Source: Cyanobacteria bacterium P01_F01_bin.150
GTDB taxonomy: Bacteria > Cyanobacteriota > Cyanobacteriia > CAKZMO01
Direction of reading: 5' to 3'
Assembly: GCA_039189765.1 (NCBI GenBank)
Contig: JBCCYL010000029.1
Span: forward strand, 6,494 to 70,493
DNA length: 64,000 nt
Part shown: piece after piece, positions 38,715 through 48,100 of the stretch
How positions within the stretch are numbered: the first letter of the stretch is position 1
How the letters are laid out: each line of letters opens with the position of its first letter
Notes under the pieces: generated by a model
The model's database searches: none
What the model saw: only the letters and a program-made list of their open reading frames with translations
What the model was told of the DNA's origin: nothing
Position numbers and translations under genes: made by a program

Positions 38715-39299
38715 CTATTGCTCTGATAGCTGAAAATCTCTTTGGCTATACCATTGGTATCCATCATAAATCAGCAGAGTAAAGTAATCATTTACATAAT
38801 TCAACTCAACGGAATGCTGCTTTAAATCCTGCCAAGCATGGTCAAACGTTTGAGGTTTTAATTTTCGTGATGCGACTGTTATGTGTGGTGAAAACGATCT
38901 CTGTTGTGTTTTTGGATCAACAATGAGAAAGGTTTGAGCCAAATAATCAGCTAATGATGCTTGGAATGCCATTAATTCCTGCGAGCGTTGGACCTGAATA
39001 TATAAGACCTTTTTGCCAAATGCTCCAAAGCCTGACAAATGAATGGGAATAGGCGCATGATGTTGCTTAAATTGGGTTAATGCTTTTTCTAACGCTGAAA
39101 TTTCACCCTTAGGCCAATGGAATGGTGCCTGTAGGGTAATGTGAGGGGCTACTCTAGCGGTCCGGGTGCGATAGCGATCGCTCAAGTCTTGAATAATTTG
39201 GTAGGCAAAACGGCTGACACTGGGTGGAGTCATTAATGCGATTAACAGCCGAGGTCTATCCACAATAGGAATTTTGCGTTGAGATATATATGGCACCAT
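38715..39299 (-). CDS. 2H phosphoesterase (2'-5' RNA ligase family)
   Basis: Two HxT motifs (PHITL, PHITV). The start is uncertain; the ORF-track start at 39362 lies inside a MITE. Confidence 0.85.
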   Translation of the reverse strand: MVPYISQRKIPIVDRPRLLIALMTPPSVSRFAYQIIQDLSDRYRTRTARVAPHITLQAPFHWPKGEISALEKALTQFKQHHAPIPIHLSGFGAFGKKVLYIQVQRSQELMAFQASLADYLAQTFLIVDPKTQQRSFSPHITVASRKLKPQTFDHAWQDLKQHSVELNYVNDYFTLLIYDGYQWYSQRDFQLSEQ

Positions 39300-39350
39300 T
39301 AGAATGCTTCCTTGTTTTAGTCTGTGGCGTATAGTAGTAATACTGTCGTC

Positions 39351-39438
39351 TATACTCTGCACGGCTAAGTGCTGGACTTTTTATGAGATTGTGTTCCCCT
39401 GGAGGACACACCTCCAAATCTCAGCCGTTGGCAGTATA
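39351..39438 (+). mobile_element. MITE-like element, family A, copy 3
   Basis: tatactctgcacggct...tcagccgttggcagtata with a shortened internal hairpin; lies between divergent genes. Confidence 0.78.
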
Positions 39439-39508
39439 CCTACCGAGTATCTATTGGCTGGCCAATGGATGTATGGCATGTAGAAAGCCTAATTAGAGGG
39501 ATAAGTGT

Positions 39509-40159
39509 ATGGTTTCGATTGCGGTAATTGATTATGACATGGGTAACTTGCACTCTGTGTGTAAAGGGCTGGAATATGCAGGTGCGGTTCCAACAATTGT
39601 CGATACGTTTGCAGAAATGAATGCAGCAGATGCGGTCATCCTGCCTGGCGTAGGTTCTTTTGACCCAGCGATGCGGCATTTGCGCTCCCGTGATCTAATC
39701 CATCCGATTCAAGATATCGTAGCTAATGACAAACCGTTTCTGGGTATCTGTTTAGGCTTGCAGATTCTACTAGAAGGTAGTGAAGAAGGCGAAGAGCCTG
39801 GCTTAGGAATTGTGCCAGGGCGTGTTCGTCGCTTTCAACCGGAGTCTGGAATCACCATTCCACAGATGGGTTGGAATCAACTGCAATTTGCACAAACAGA
39901 ACTGGCAATCTGGGCAGATTTACCCCTGAACCCCTGGCTGTATTTTGTTCATTCTTTTTATGCAGATCCCGCTAACGCATCTGATATTGCGGCAACTGTC
40001 AGCCACGGTAGTCAGACCGTGACAGCGGCGATTGCCCGTAATAACCTAGTAGCTGCTCAGTTCCACCCTGAAAAGTCATCTGCAACGGGGCTAAAGATTT
40101 TGTCTAATTTTGTCCGATCTGTAGAGCAATCCCAATGCATTCCTGAATTAGTTGCTTAA
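39509..40159 (+). CDS. hisH: Imidazole glycerol phosphate synthase, glutaminase subunit
   Basis: DYDMGNLHSV, LPGVGSF, GICLGLQ, YFVHS, QFHPEKS. Confidence 0.97.
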   Translation: MVSIAVIDYDMGNLHSVCKGLEYAGAVPTIVDTFAEMNAADAVILPGVGSFDPAMRHLRSRDLIHPIQDIVANDKPFLGICLGLQILLEGSEEGEEPGLGIVPGRVRRFQPESGITIPQMGWNQLQFAQTELAIWADLPLNPWLYFVHSFYADPANASDIAATVSHGSQTVTAAIARNNLVAAQFHPEKSSATGLKILSNFVRSVEQSQCIPELVA

Positions 40160-40161
40160 AC

Positions 40162-40740
40162 ATGGCGCTGCGAATTTATGGGAATCGCTCCCTTAAAACG
40201 TTGCCGGGTAAAAATACACGGCCTACTCCTGCCAGAGTGCGGGAGGCTCTTTTTAATATCTGGCAGGGCAACATTGTTGACTGCCGCTGGCTTGACTTAT
40301 GTGCGGGCAGTGGTGCGATGGGGGCGGAGGCTCTTTGTCGTGGAGCGCAGTCGGTAACAGGGATTGAACAAGCCAGCCGAGCTTGTGGAGTGATTCAACA
40401 GAATTGGCAGCAGGTAAGGCGTCCAGACCAGCAGATTAGGGTTGTTAAAGGCCATATTCTGCGGCAATTACCGCAGCTCAAAGGTGAACAGTTTGACCGA
40501 ATTTATTTCGATCCCCCTTACGACAGTGATCTGTATGAGCCTGTGTTGGATGCGATCGCGTCCCTACAGCTTCTAGTAAACGGTGGTGAAGTGGCAGTAG
40601 AGCATAACACCAATCGGTCTCTGCCGGAGAGGATAGAGGCTAAAGGTGCGAATGCTGTGCTGGGACATTCGTTAATTGCGTATCGCTGCAAGTCTTATGG
40701 GTTGACTTCGGTAACGTTTTATTCGGGTGAAGAACGTTAG
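40162..40740 (+). CDS. rsmD: 16S rRNA (guanine-966-N2)-methyltransferase
   Basis: TRPT..RVREALFNI, LDLCAGSGAMG, DPPY. Confidence 0.95.
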   Translation: MALRIYGNRSLKTLPGKNTRPTPARVREALFNIWQGNIVDCRWLDLCAGSGAMGAEALCRGAQSVTGIEQASRACGVIQQNWQQVRRPDQQIRVVKGHILRQLPQLKGEQFDRIYFDPPYDSDLYEPVLDAIASLQLLVNGGEVAVEHNTNRSLPERIEAKGANAVLGHSLIAYRCKSYGLTSVTFYSGEER

Positions 40741-40762
40741 GAATATTTCAACAAGGTGTAGA

Positions 40763-40802
40763 GTTTGGGGGTTTGGGAGTTTGGGGGTTTGGGGGTTTGA
40801 GA
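40763..40802. repeat. Short tandem repeat, 5 copies of the octamer GTTTG(G/A)G(G/A)
   Basis: gtttgggg gtttggga gtttgggg gtttgggg gtttgaga between convergent stop codons. Confidence 0.9.
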
Positions 40803-40805
40803 ATT

Positions 40806-41621
40806 TTAAGGACGGAGAATGTCTATGACTTCAGAGTGGAGGGGATCACCACAGGAGGTAATCAGGCTTCCGCCAAATACAATATTATTGCGTTCGCCAG
40901 CTAGATTTGTGACAGTCCCTCCTGCTTCTTCTACACAAGGGACAAGGGCTGCGATATCCCAAGGATTCATCGCTGTATCAATGGCCACATGAAGTTTGCC
41001 TCGGGCCACGAGGGCATGTTGATTACAGTCAGAACAAAAGCGAAATTTCTGGACTCGCTGCATTAATGCCGTCATCTTGTAGTGGGTTTCGTTGGGATTG
41101 TGAGTCACATCAGTGCAGTGAAGGCCGGTCGTGGATGCGATCGCTTTTTCAACGGTAACGGGCGATCGCACGTCTACCTTGATCGGTGACTGATGACGGT
41201 TTTGGAACCAACATCCCATTCCCTTGGCTGCGTAGACGGTTTCTCCAAGGCCGGGTAAATGAATGACGCCCACAATGGGTTCATTGTTGTCCAACAGCGC
41301 AACCAAAGTGCCAAATAAGGGTACTCCCAATGTAAACCAAGCGGTGCCGTCAATTGGATCAAGCACCCATCGATAGCGACTAGACGATTCACTGTTGTGA
41401 TGATTAGTTTCTCCAAACTCTTCGCCCAAAATGTCATGGTCAGGAAACATCTCGGTAATCAGATCACGCATTGCTGACTCCCCTTGCTTGTCAGCAATGG
41501 TGACTTCCGTTCCATCTGATTTGAAGTTCACCGTATGATTTTGAAAGTGGGGTAAAATCCGGGCTTCTGCGGTTGCCGCTAATCGTCGGGCAAAGTTGAG
41601 AAATTGTTGGGTGGTTGTCAT
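40806..41621 (-). CDS. Inositol monophosphatase family, histidinol-phosphatase (HisN)-like
   Basis: K.DGT.VT.AD, GEEFG, WVLDPIDGT, G.PLFGTLVAL, PWDIAA. The ORF-track extension to 41717 runs into a MITE. Confidence 0.85.
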   Translation of the reverse strand: MTTTQQFLNFARRLAATAEARILPHFQNHTVNFKSDGTEVTIADKQGESAMRDLITEMFPDHDILGEEFGETNHHNSESSSRYRWVLDPIDGTAWFTLGVPLFGTLVALLDNNEPIVGVIHLPGLGETVYAAKGMGCWFQNRHQSPIKVDVRSPVTVEKAIASTTGLHCTDVTHNPNETHYKMTALMQRVQKFRFCSDCNQHALVARGKLHVAIDTAMNPWDIAALVPCVEEAGGTVTNLAGERNNIVFGGSLITSCGDPLHSEVIDILRP

Positions 41622-41663
41622 GGATTTTGCCCCCACTAATGATCTAGTTTCTGTACAAAAAAA

Positions 41664-41742
41664 GGGTATCAACTTTAGCGGGTAGTGGGGGCGCGACGTG
41701 CCCCCACTACCGTTCATTTTGTTCCGCTTTGCGTTGGAACCC
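41664..41742 (+). mobile_element. MITE/REP-like element, family B, copy 3
   Basis: gggtatcaact...ggtagtgggggc/gcccccactacc...ggaaccc; flanks caaaaaaa / taaaaaaa (7 of 8 identical). Confidence 0.75.
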
Positions 41743-41743
41743 T

Positions 41744-41780
41744 AAAAAAAGAAGGAGACACAGGCTAAACCATGTCTCCT
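41744..41780 (-). terminator. Intrinsic terminator downstream of tRNA-Arg
   Basis: Stem aggagaca / tgtctcct with A7 on its left, which reads as a U-tract on the minus strand. Confidence 0.65.
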
Positions 41781-41795
41781 CTTTCAAATTTGCAA

Positions 41796-41869
41796 CGGGC
41801 CAGAAGGGATTCGAACCCCTGACACCCTGGTCCGTAGCCAGGTGCTCTAGTCCACTGAGCTACAGGCCC
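41796..41869 (-). tRNA. tRNA-Arg(ACG)
   Basis: Reverse complement GGGCCTGTAGCTCAGTGGACTAGAGCA-CCTGG-CTACGGA-CCAGG-GTGTC-AGGGGTTCGAATCCCT-TCTGGCCCG. Confidence 0.96.
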
Positions 41870-41960
41870 GCGCCTCGTTTAAAGATAATAACATGATTAA
41901 TGCATAATACAACGGTCGATTAAATTCGTTGAGTACAATTCACCAGGAAAAAGTCCGACC

Positions 41961-42503
41961 ATGCCAAATGAACTGAATCCATCCACCATGCCAGATACTG
42001 CCCAAGTGATTGAACCGCATGATTCTCAAGCTACGTTGACCCATCTTGATCGCAGCGGAGAAGCACAAATGGTGGATGTATCTCAAAAACCTGTGACTGC
42101 TCGAACCGCGATCGCCCTTGGCCATATCCGCATGTTGCCAGAAACCCTGGCAAAGATTGAGACCGGAAACGCACCTAAAGGAGATGTCTTAGGAACGGCA
42201 AGGCTAGCGGGGATAATGGCTGCCAAGCAGACGGCCAACTTAATTCCATTGTGTCATCCGCTACCTATCAAAAAAGTCAATATCCAGATTACAGCGGATG
42301 ACTCGTTGCCCGGCTATAAAATTCAAGCTGAGGTTAAAACCAGCTCTGAAACGGGGGTGGAAATGGAAGCATTAACCGCTGTATCAGTTGCTGCATTAAC
42401 ACTCTACGATATGGCTAAAGCCTTAGAAAAATCGATGGAGATAGGCGGCATTTGCCTAATGAGTAAAACAGGCGGCAAATCTGGGCCTTACTCCCGTGTC
42501 TGA
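41961..42503 (+). CDS. moaC: Cyclic pyranopterin monophosphate synthase
   Basis: [41 protein letters not shown]. Confidence 0.97.
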   Translation: MPNELNPSTMPDTAQVIEPHDSQATLTHLDRSGEAQMVDVSQKPVTARTAIALGHIRMLPETLAKIETGNAPKGDVLGTARLAGIMAAKQTANLIPLCHPLPIKKVNIQITADDSLPGYKIQAEVKTSSETGVEMEALTAVSVAALTLYDMAKALEKSMEIGGICLMSKTGGKSGPYSRV

Positions 42504-42568
42504 GTGCAGCGGAACTCAGACCAAAAGAGCTGGGGCAACTATTTCGATGCTAATGGGGGAACTCTGAA

Positions 42569-43363
42569 TTAGAGCTGCATCAATTGGCGACGGCGTAAGC
42601 GGACTCGGTCGGGAGCCATGGTGACCATTAGTTCGCCAAGGGGGAGCGATCGCACTTCGTGGCTAAAGACGTTTACTTGGTAAACAGTTTGCTTGGCCAA
42701 CAGGGAATCCGTTAGCGTTTCTTTTGTATCTATGCTAAGGGCAGTGAGCCATCCACTTTTAGGGTGGTATGCGCCTGTATCTAAATCGAGCCAACCATTG
42801 CCTTTTACCAGCTCTCCTGCAGCCACTCCTGGAAAAGTAAAGGTAATCGTATGGCCAATCAGGATGAGCTTATCGGGAAAGTAAGGTTGAATGCTGCTGT
42901 GGAATTTATCGCGAATCCAACAAAATTCTTGATTCGTTTGCTCCTCTAACTCTATGTCTGGATTAACTCCTGCATGGACGAGCCAAATATTACCGAGATC
43001 AAGGTAGGTGGGCAGTGCACCGATCCAATCTAACTGGTCCAAAAGTGCACTGGGATTTTCGAAACTTGTCAGTGTTGATTGACCACCACTGTATAGCCAG
43101 GCTTGCAGTTCTGGCGCAGAGGCTTGACCATTGGGAAAAGCTTCTAAAAGCAATTGCTCATGGTTTCCCAGTAAGCTTGTATAGCCACTTTGTTGGACAA
43201 ATTGGAGAACTTGGGCACTGTTAGGACCTCTGTCAATTAAGTCACCTAGAAAATAAACTTGATCGGTTTCTTCGGGAGAGACAGCATCCAATAGCTCCAT
43301 TAGACCATCGTAATGACCATGAATGTCCCCAATAATAATTCGACGCTCAGTCACCTTAAACAA
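42569..43363 (-). CDS. PPP-family Ser/Thr protein phosphatase (metallophosphoesterase)
   Basis: GDIHG, GDLIDRG, GNHE, HAG, GHT, DTGA motifs. Confidence 0.92.
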   Translation of the reverse strand: MFKVTERRIIIGDIHGHYDGLMELLDAVSPEETDQVYFLGDLIDRGPNSAQVLQFVQQSGYTSLLGNHEQLLLEAFPNGQASAPELQAWLYSGGQSTLTSFENPSALLDQLDWIGALPTYLDLGNIWLVHAGVNPDIELEEQTNQEFCWIRDKFHSSIQPYFPDKLILIGHTITFTFPGVAAGELVKGNGWLDLDTGAYHPKSGWLTALSIDTKETLTDSLLAKQTVYQVNVFSHEVRSLPLGELMVTMAPDRVRLRRRQLMQL

Positions 43364-43556
43364 CCCTTCTACTAATGGGCTTATTCTTTATTATGCCCAT
43401 GGGCCGGGACCGAACGATGAATTTTTTGAGAATCCTTGCGAAACTTTCATCAAATTAGTCGATATTCCCGGAATTTGGTATCAGCGTTGAGCTAATCTCA
43501 TGAGCATGAGGGCCTTATCCTAATTTTGCTTGGCCTTAAAAAGAACTCCCAAAGGT

Positions 43557-44288
43557 TCACTGGCTCAATGCTTTTAAGAAGCTTTGGAGCTGCCCTATGA
43601 TCCCTTTTTTTCGAGACGTATCTGATGGTTTGTTTGCATCCTGGGCTGCATTTGGATCCGGTTCTGGCATAAAGAGTTCTTCTAGCTCTTCTCCAACGGG
43701 ACGGTGGTCCAGTTCTGCTAGCAGCTCATAATCATCCTCTGTTTCACGCCAGACCTGCCAGGGATATGGATAGCAGCGAAAAATCAATGCTCCTTCCAAC
43801 GGACAAATGTAGTAGCAAGAATCAAATAATCCTAAAAATCGTTCCCGCAATTGTCTGGCGGCATAGCCAATGCCAATTGTGGCAATGTCTTCCAAACGAG
43901 GATTAAGAAATACAACGGGGCGATCGCCCGCTTCGGTGCATAACTTTTCCACATCTTGCACTTCGATGGAAGATGGCTCTACGAATAGAAAAAGTTCTTC
44001 CTCTGCCTGCATTTCTGCTTTTAAATCATTAATGCCTCGAATTGGATAGGGTTTGTCTCCCCAGTCTCGTCGGGCCAGAGCGGCTGCACCTGGGTCGGGA
44101 AAAAACACTCGCAGTTTCTCTCCCCGCTCCTCCAGGGCTGGTAGAAATTGTTCTGCCACAGGCATAATTTTCAACTCTGGAATCACCAACTCGACTTGGA
44201 TACGGGTGAAGCCATCATTTAGAGCTGCGTTCGTGGCTACTTTTGCTTGGGCGATCGCATCATCAAGCCCATCAGGCAGTTTAATCAT
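43557..44288 (-). CDS. DUF1995 family protein
   Basis: FPDPGAAALARRDW, LNPRLED..IGIG, RCYP.PWQ recalled from this family. Confidence 0.8.
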   Translation of the reverse strand: MIKLPDGLDDAIAQAKVATNAALNDGFTRIQVELVIPELKIMPVAEQFLPALEERGEKLRVFFPDPGAAALARRDWGDKPYPIRGINDLKAEMQAEEELFLFVEPSSIEVQDVEKLCTEAGDRPVVFLNPRLEDIATIGIGYAARQLRERFLGLFDSCYYICPLEGALIFRCYPYPWQVWRETEDDYELLAELDHRPVGEELEELFMPEPDPNAAQDANKPSDTSRKKGIIGQLQSFLKALSQ

Positions 44289-44422
44289 TGGGAAAAGAAT
44301 TACTTTAACAAGGGTAAGAATCCGACACAACGGCATACGTCTGTCAGTAATGCTCTATGGTAAATAAGTATATTAGCTTAAGGGCATCTCTCCCAAATTC
44401 ATCTTTAATGGTTGTCTGGGCT

Positions 44423-44501
44423 GGGGATCAATTTTAGGTGGGCGGTGTGGGCGTGTCGCGCCCACACCACCGTTATCCTGTTTCGCCTTAAACCGAAACC
44501 C
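44423..44501 (+). mobile_element. MITE/REP-like element, family B, copy 4
   Basis: ggggatcaatt...ggtgtgggcg/cgcccacacc...gtttcgccttaaaccgaaaccc. Confidence 0.72.
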
Positions 44502-45126
44502 CGCAAAAGGCAAATGAGAGTCAATTGTAAATTCACCCAGGCTTTATCAAACCTTTACCAGAGTATCTATGGCAAATGCTAACCTGAGAATAGCAACTGC
44601 TAAGTAGTATTAACTAGAAACTGATGAATATCTAGGCTACTCTCGGCAGAAATCGGGTTGTCATCACCACCATCTACCAGGTTGGCATCGATTTTTTCAA
44701 TCTATTTAAATAGTACTTTTGAAGGCTACTGTTTGTCGTAATGCGGTAGCCAAGAATATTAGAGCACTCCTTTCAATGTTCGGCAGTGTTTATGGGGTAT
44801 TACGCGGTTGACATTTATCTGTCTGGCAGCAGATCAACTATGATTTGTCGCAAGTGGCACCCATATGTTTAATTCTATCGACGGTATTGATTATGCCAGA
44901 AGCATGATCGACGTTACGGCTTTTTCACACGCAAAATAGTTTGGATATTGCTCTTCTCATAGCGATTAGGGCGCTTAGGAATAAGCAAGCTATTTAGACA
45001 GGGTTTGCGGAAGATCTACCAAATATATTTATTACCTCATTAGTGCATTGCAAAGTGTAGGGCTGATTAGCTCTGGTGTATCATCGCCAGGGCTAACTCT
45101 CACTTTTAACGTGTGGCTAATTTGGC

Positions 45127-48100
45127 ATGTCTATCTTCATGGCGACTTCTGCCCACTTTCGGAGCATTTTCATGTTTAAGCATCCATTCGTCAACGGAAT
45201 AAAGGGGATACTACAGGCTCTTACAAAGCCAATCCAACGTTTTGCCAATCAACTAGTCGCGGCGTTGTTAAGGCTGCTATTCTCTCTTAGCCAACACAGC
45301 TATCGGCCCCAAGGCGGTTTTATTTTACCCACTACCGTTTTACTGGTCCTTGTTGTTTCCTTAGCCGTAGGCACCATCAGCTTGCGCACTTATCAACGAA
45401 CTCAGCAGGTGATTGGGGATCGAGAACAACGGGTTATTTACAATATCGCAACTCCAGCCCTAGATCGGGCTCGGGCTAAGTTTGAATACCTCTTTCAAGG
45501 TGATCCCCGCTTTCCCTCTGGCGTGCCCTCCGAAGGGGTGATGAATAGTCTGCTGCTGGACGGTAGTAATCTACTGCCAGGAGTCGCCGATGCTTACGTG
45601 CTCAGTGACGAAACTAAGCTAGACATTAATGAAGATGGCACCACCGATGCCGCCTGGAGCTATCGTACCGATACTGACGAGGATGGCGTAGACGACGCAA
45701 CCGTTGCCTACGCAATTATTTTGCAGACGCCTCGCCCTGGGGACCCTTATCAAATGTCTGACTCCAGTGATGCTGCCCTAGTTGGACGAGCCGATGAGCT
45801 CCAGGTGCGTAATGCACCCCTGAGTGGTTCGCGCCAGTTGGTCGATGCCTGCCAGTTAAATGATATTGAGGTGCCGTTGGAGCAGGGATGGTTTAGGGAT
45901 GAGGCCAGCAGTGCAGTACTGCGAAAAAATTTACAGGTTGATGTTTATGTCCAGCCGGACGACCCCGCCCAAACCTTAGCTACCTTGGAATTCCAGCAGG
46001 ACCGACAGCTAGACCAGGGAAATAAATGGGGGGCATGGTTTCGAGGCGATATTGATATTAGCCCAGGCCCTGAATTTAACTGGAATGGGGCGATGCATAC
46101 CGAAGGCAGTCTGATGGTGGCGCGGACCGGGTCTTCTTCGGAAAATCGTAAGTTTACCGGCTATTTGGTCAGTGCACCCAACTCCTGTATTTACACCGCT
46201 GATGCCTCTGAAATCACTGTGGCGGATACCGATGCTGACCCCGGCAACGGCATTCCTGAGTTTCGGGGCCAGGTGATTGGTGCAAAGGCCTACGATACCA
46301 ACTTTGATGATGATGACGAGTCTATTTTTCACCTGTTTGATACACCTGCGGTCACCACAGGCGATGACAAGGTGCTGCTAGATAAAAGTGGGGACTCGGT
46401 CAAAAACAATCAGGGCTATGGCCCTGCAGACTTTAGTTTGGACCCACTATTGCTAGCCACCCAGGGGATTTCCCAAGCCCGAGACGCAGCGATTGACTTC
46501 AACACTGTGTATGACCAGACGACCTGGGAAAGCAACCCGATTAATCAGCAACATCGGATTTACTCGCAGTCGGAAGACCCGCCCTACCTGGATGATTTCT
46601 TTCGCGCGGACGACCGTTTTGGCCCCAATCCTCGCTATGGTGATGTCGCCATTCCTGCTAGTCGGACTATTGGTGATGAGATTACGGGGAATTTGCTCAG
46701 CTCCGAGGGCCTTTCAGATCAGGTTTTAACCCGAGAAGATGCAAGCTCGGATGATGCGGACAGTGTTGGCTTAGATGGCTATTGGGAGCGTCGTGCTCGG
46801 CAGAATGGCCTACGGTTAATTACTGGCCAGCGGCTGGAGCTGGGCGATGCATTTGGTTGGGGTGGTTTGGATCAAGCGGGGCAGCGTCGCAGTGGGGATG
46901 AAGAGCCATTAAAACCCTGGGATGGCTGTGTGGGCAGCAACAATACCGGGCGCTGCAACGAGGCTCGCCATCGGCTGACCCTGCGGGATAATTTAGCCGC
47001 AGTGCAGGCTACAGCAGTTTATCACTCCAGCTCAGGCACGCCGGATGACGATACGCCAGCGGCATGTTGGTCCAGCACCGTTCATCCAGGAACACCATCA
47101 ACGTTGCGAGACAGCTCTACTTTTCGAGATTTATCCGCTGGATTAGGTAGTTTTTGGCCCGCAGGAAACTGGTTTGCAGGTAAACCGCTGATTAGTAATT
47201 TCTTCCTCGGGGAAGGCACTAATGGTTGGGAGTATGGTGTGCATCCCAATGCGGCGATTGACGGCAACTCCGATGCAACGGTTCAGGCATTACAAAATCT
47301 GGCCTACTATGCTGGAGATCCCAACGGTGGAGCACCATCATTTCCCCCTGTACAGGACAACGTAGTTCATCCCTATCCCGATATGGCGATGTGGGGAGAT
47401 TTCTCTGTGCTACGTCGAATTTTTGATGAGTTATGGTCTGGTGGTTATGTGTCTTTGAGTATTGCCGATAAGGCTACCCTGCGTTCAGCAGCCTGTACGG
47501 TGGGTATGTTGGCCTACAACGTTGGGTATTTAGAGAATTTGGATGATGATCCAGCAAATGATCCAACTGGATTGATTCCAGATCTGGACGATCGACTGGG
47601 TCTGTTATCTCAAGCATCAGGTACGACAACGGATGGGCAAGCCCGACCAAATACAACTGCTTTGCCGCAACTTAGTTCTCTAGATCCGCCAGAAGCTTAT
47701 ATTGAGGGCTTGGAGGAATGGAACATCTTGGATAGTGCAGCAGTTTCCAGCCCAATGGTGAACTTAGCAAAGCTACTTATGTTTAGGGAGCAGTTGGAGC
47801 GCGATCGCCTCTTTGGCTTCCAAGACGGTCTCCAAGGTGCCGAAGATGATTTTAGCGGTGGATTTAGTGGTGGTACGAATTGGACCAATAATTGGACAAT
47901 CACACCCACCAATAATGGAGATACATCAGATGTAACGACTCCCGGTGGTGCATTACAAATTCGGGACGATGGCCTACAGGTTAGTCGAACTGTTGATCTA
48001 TCAGGGATAGCGGATCCAGTGCTGAGTTTTGATTACCGTCGAGATTCACTGGACAGTACTTCTGAAACGGTCACCCTAGAAATATCAACCGATGGCATTA

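Noticed and set aside
31156-39438. Family A or B repeats as a CRISPR array
   Set aside because: Copies are 80-90 bp, dispersed over kilobases without regular spacers, and no cas genes are present.
44570-44620. GGCAAA plus hairpin upstream of hpsA as a c-di-GMP-I riboswitch
   Set aside because: Lacks the GNRA tetraloop, the GACGCAAA junction and the second stem.
47872-47898. GTNWTNNWT in HpsA resembling a WxN core
   Set aside because: A single motif inside a large folded protein, with no leader context.
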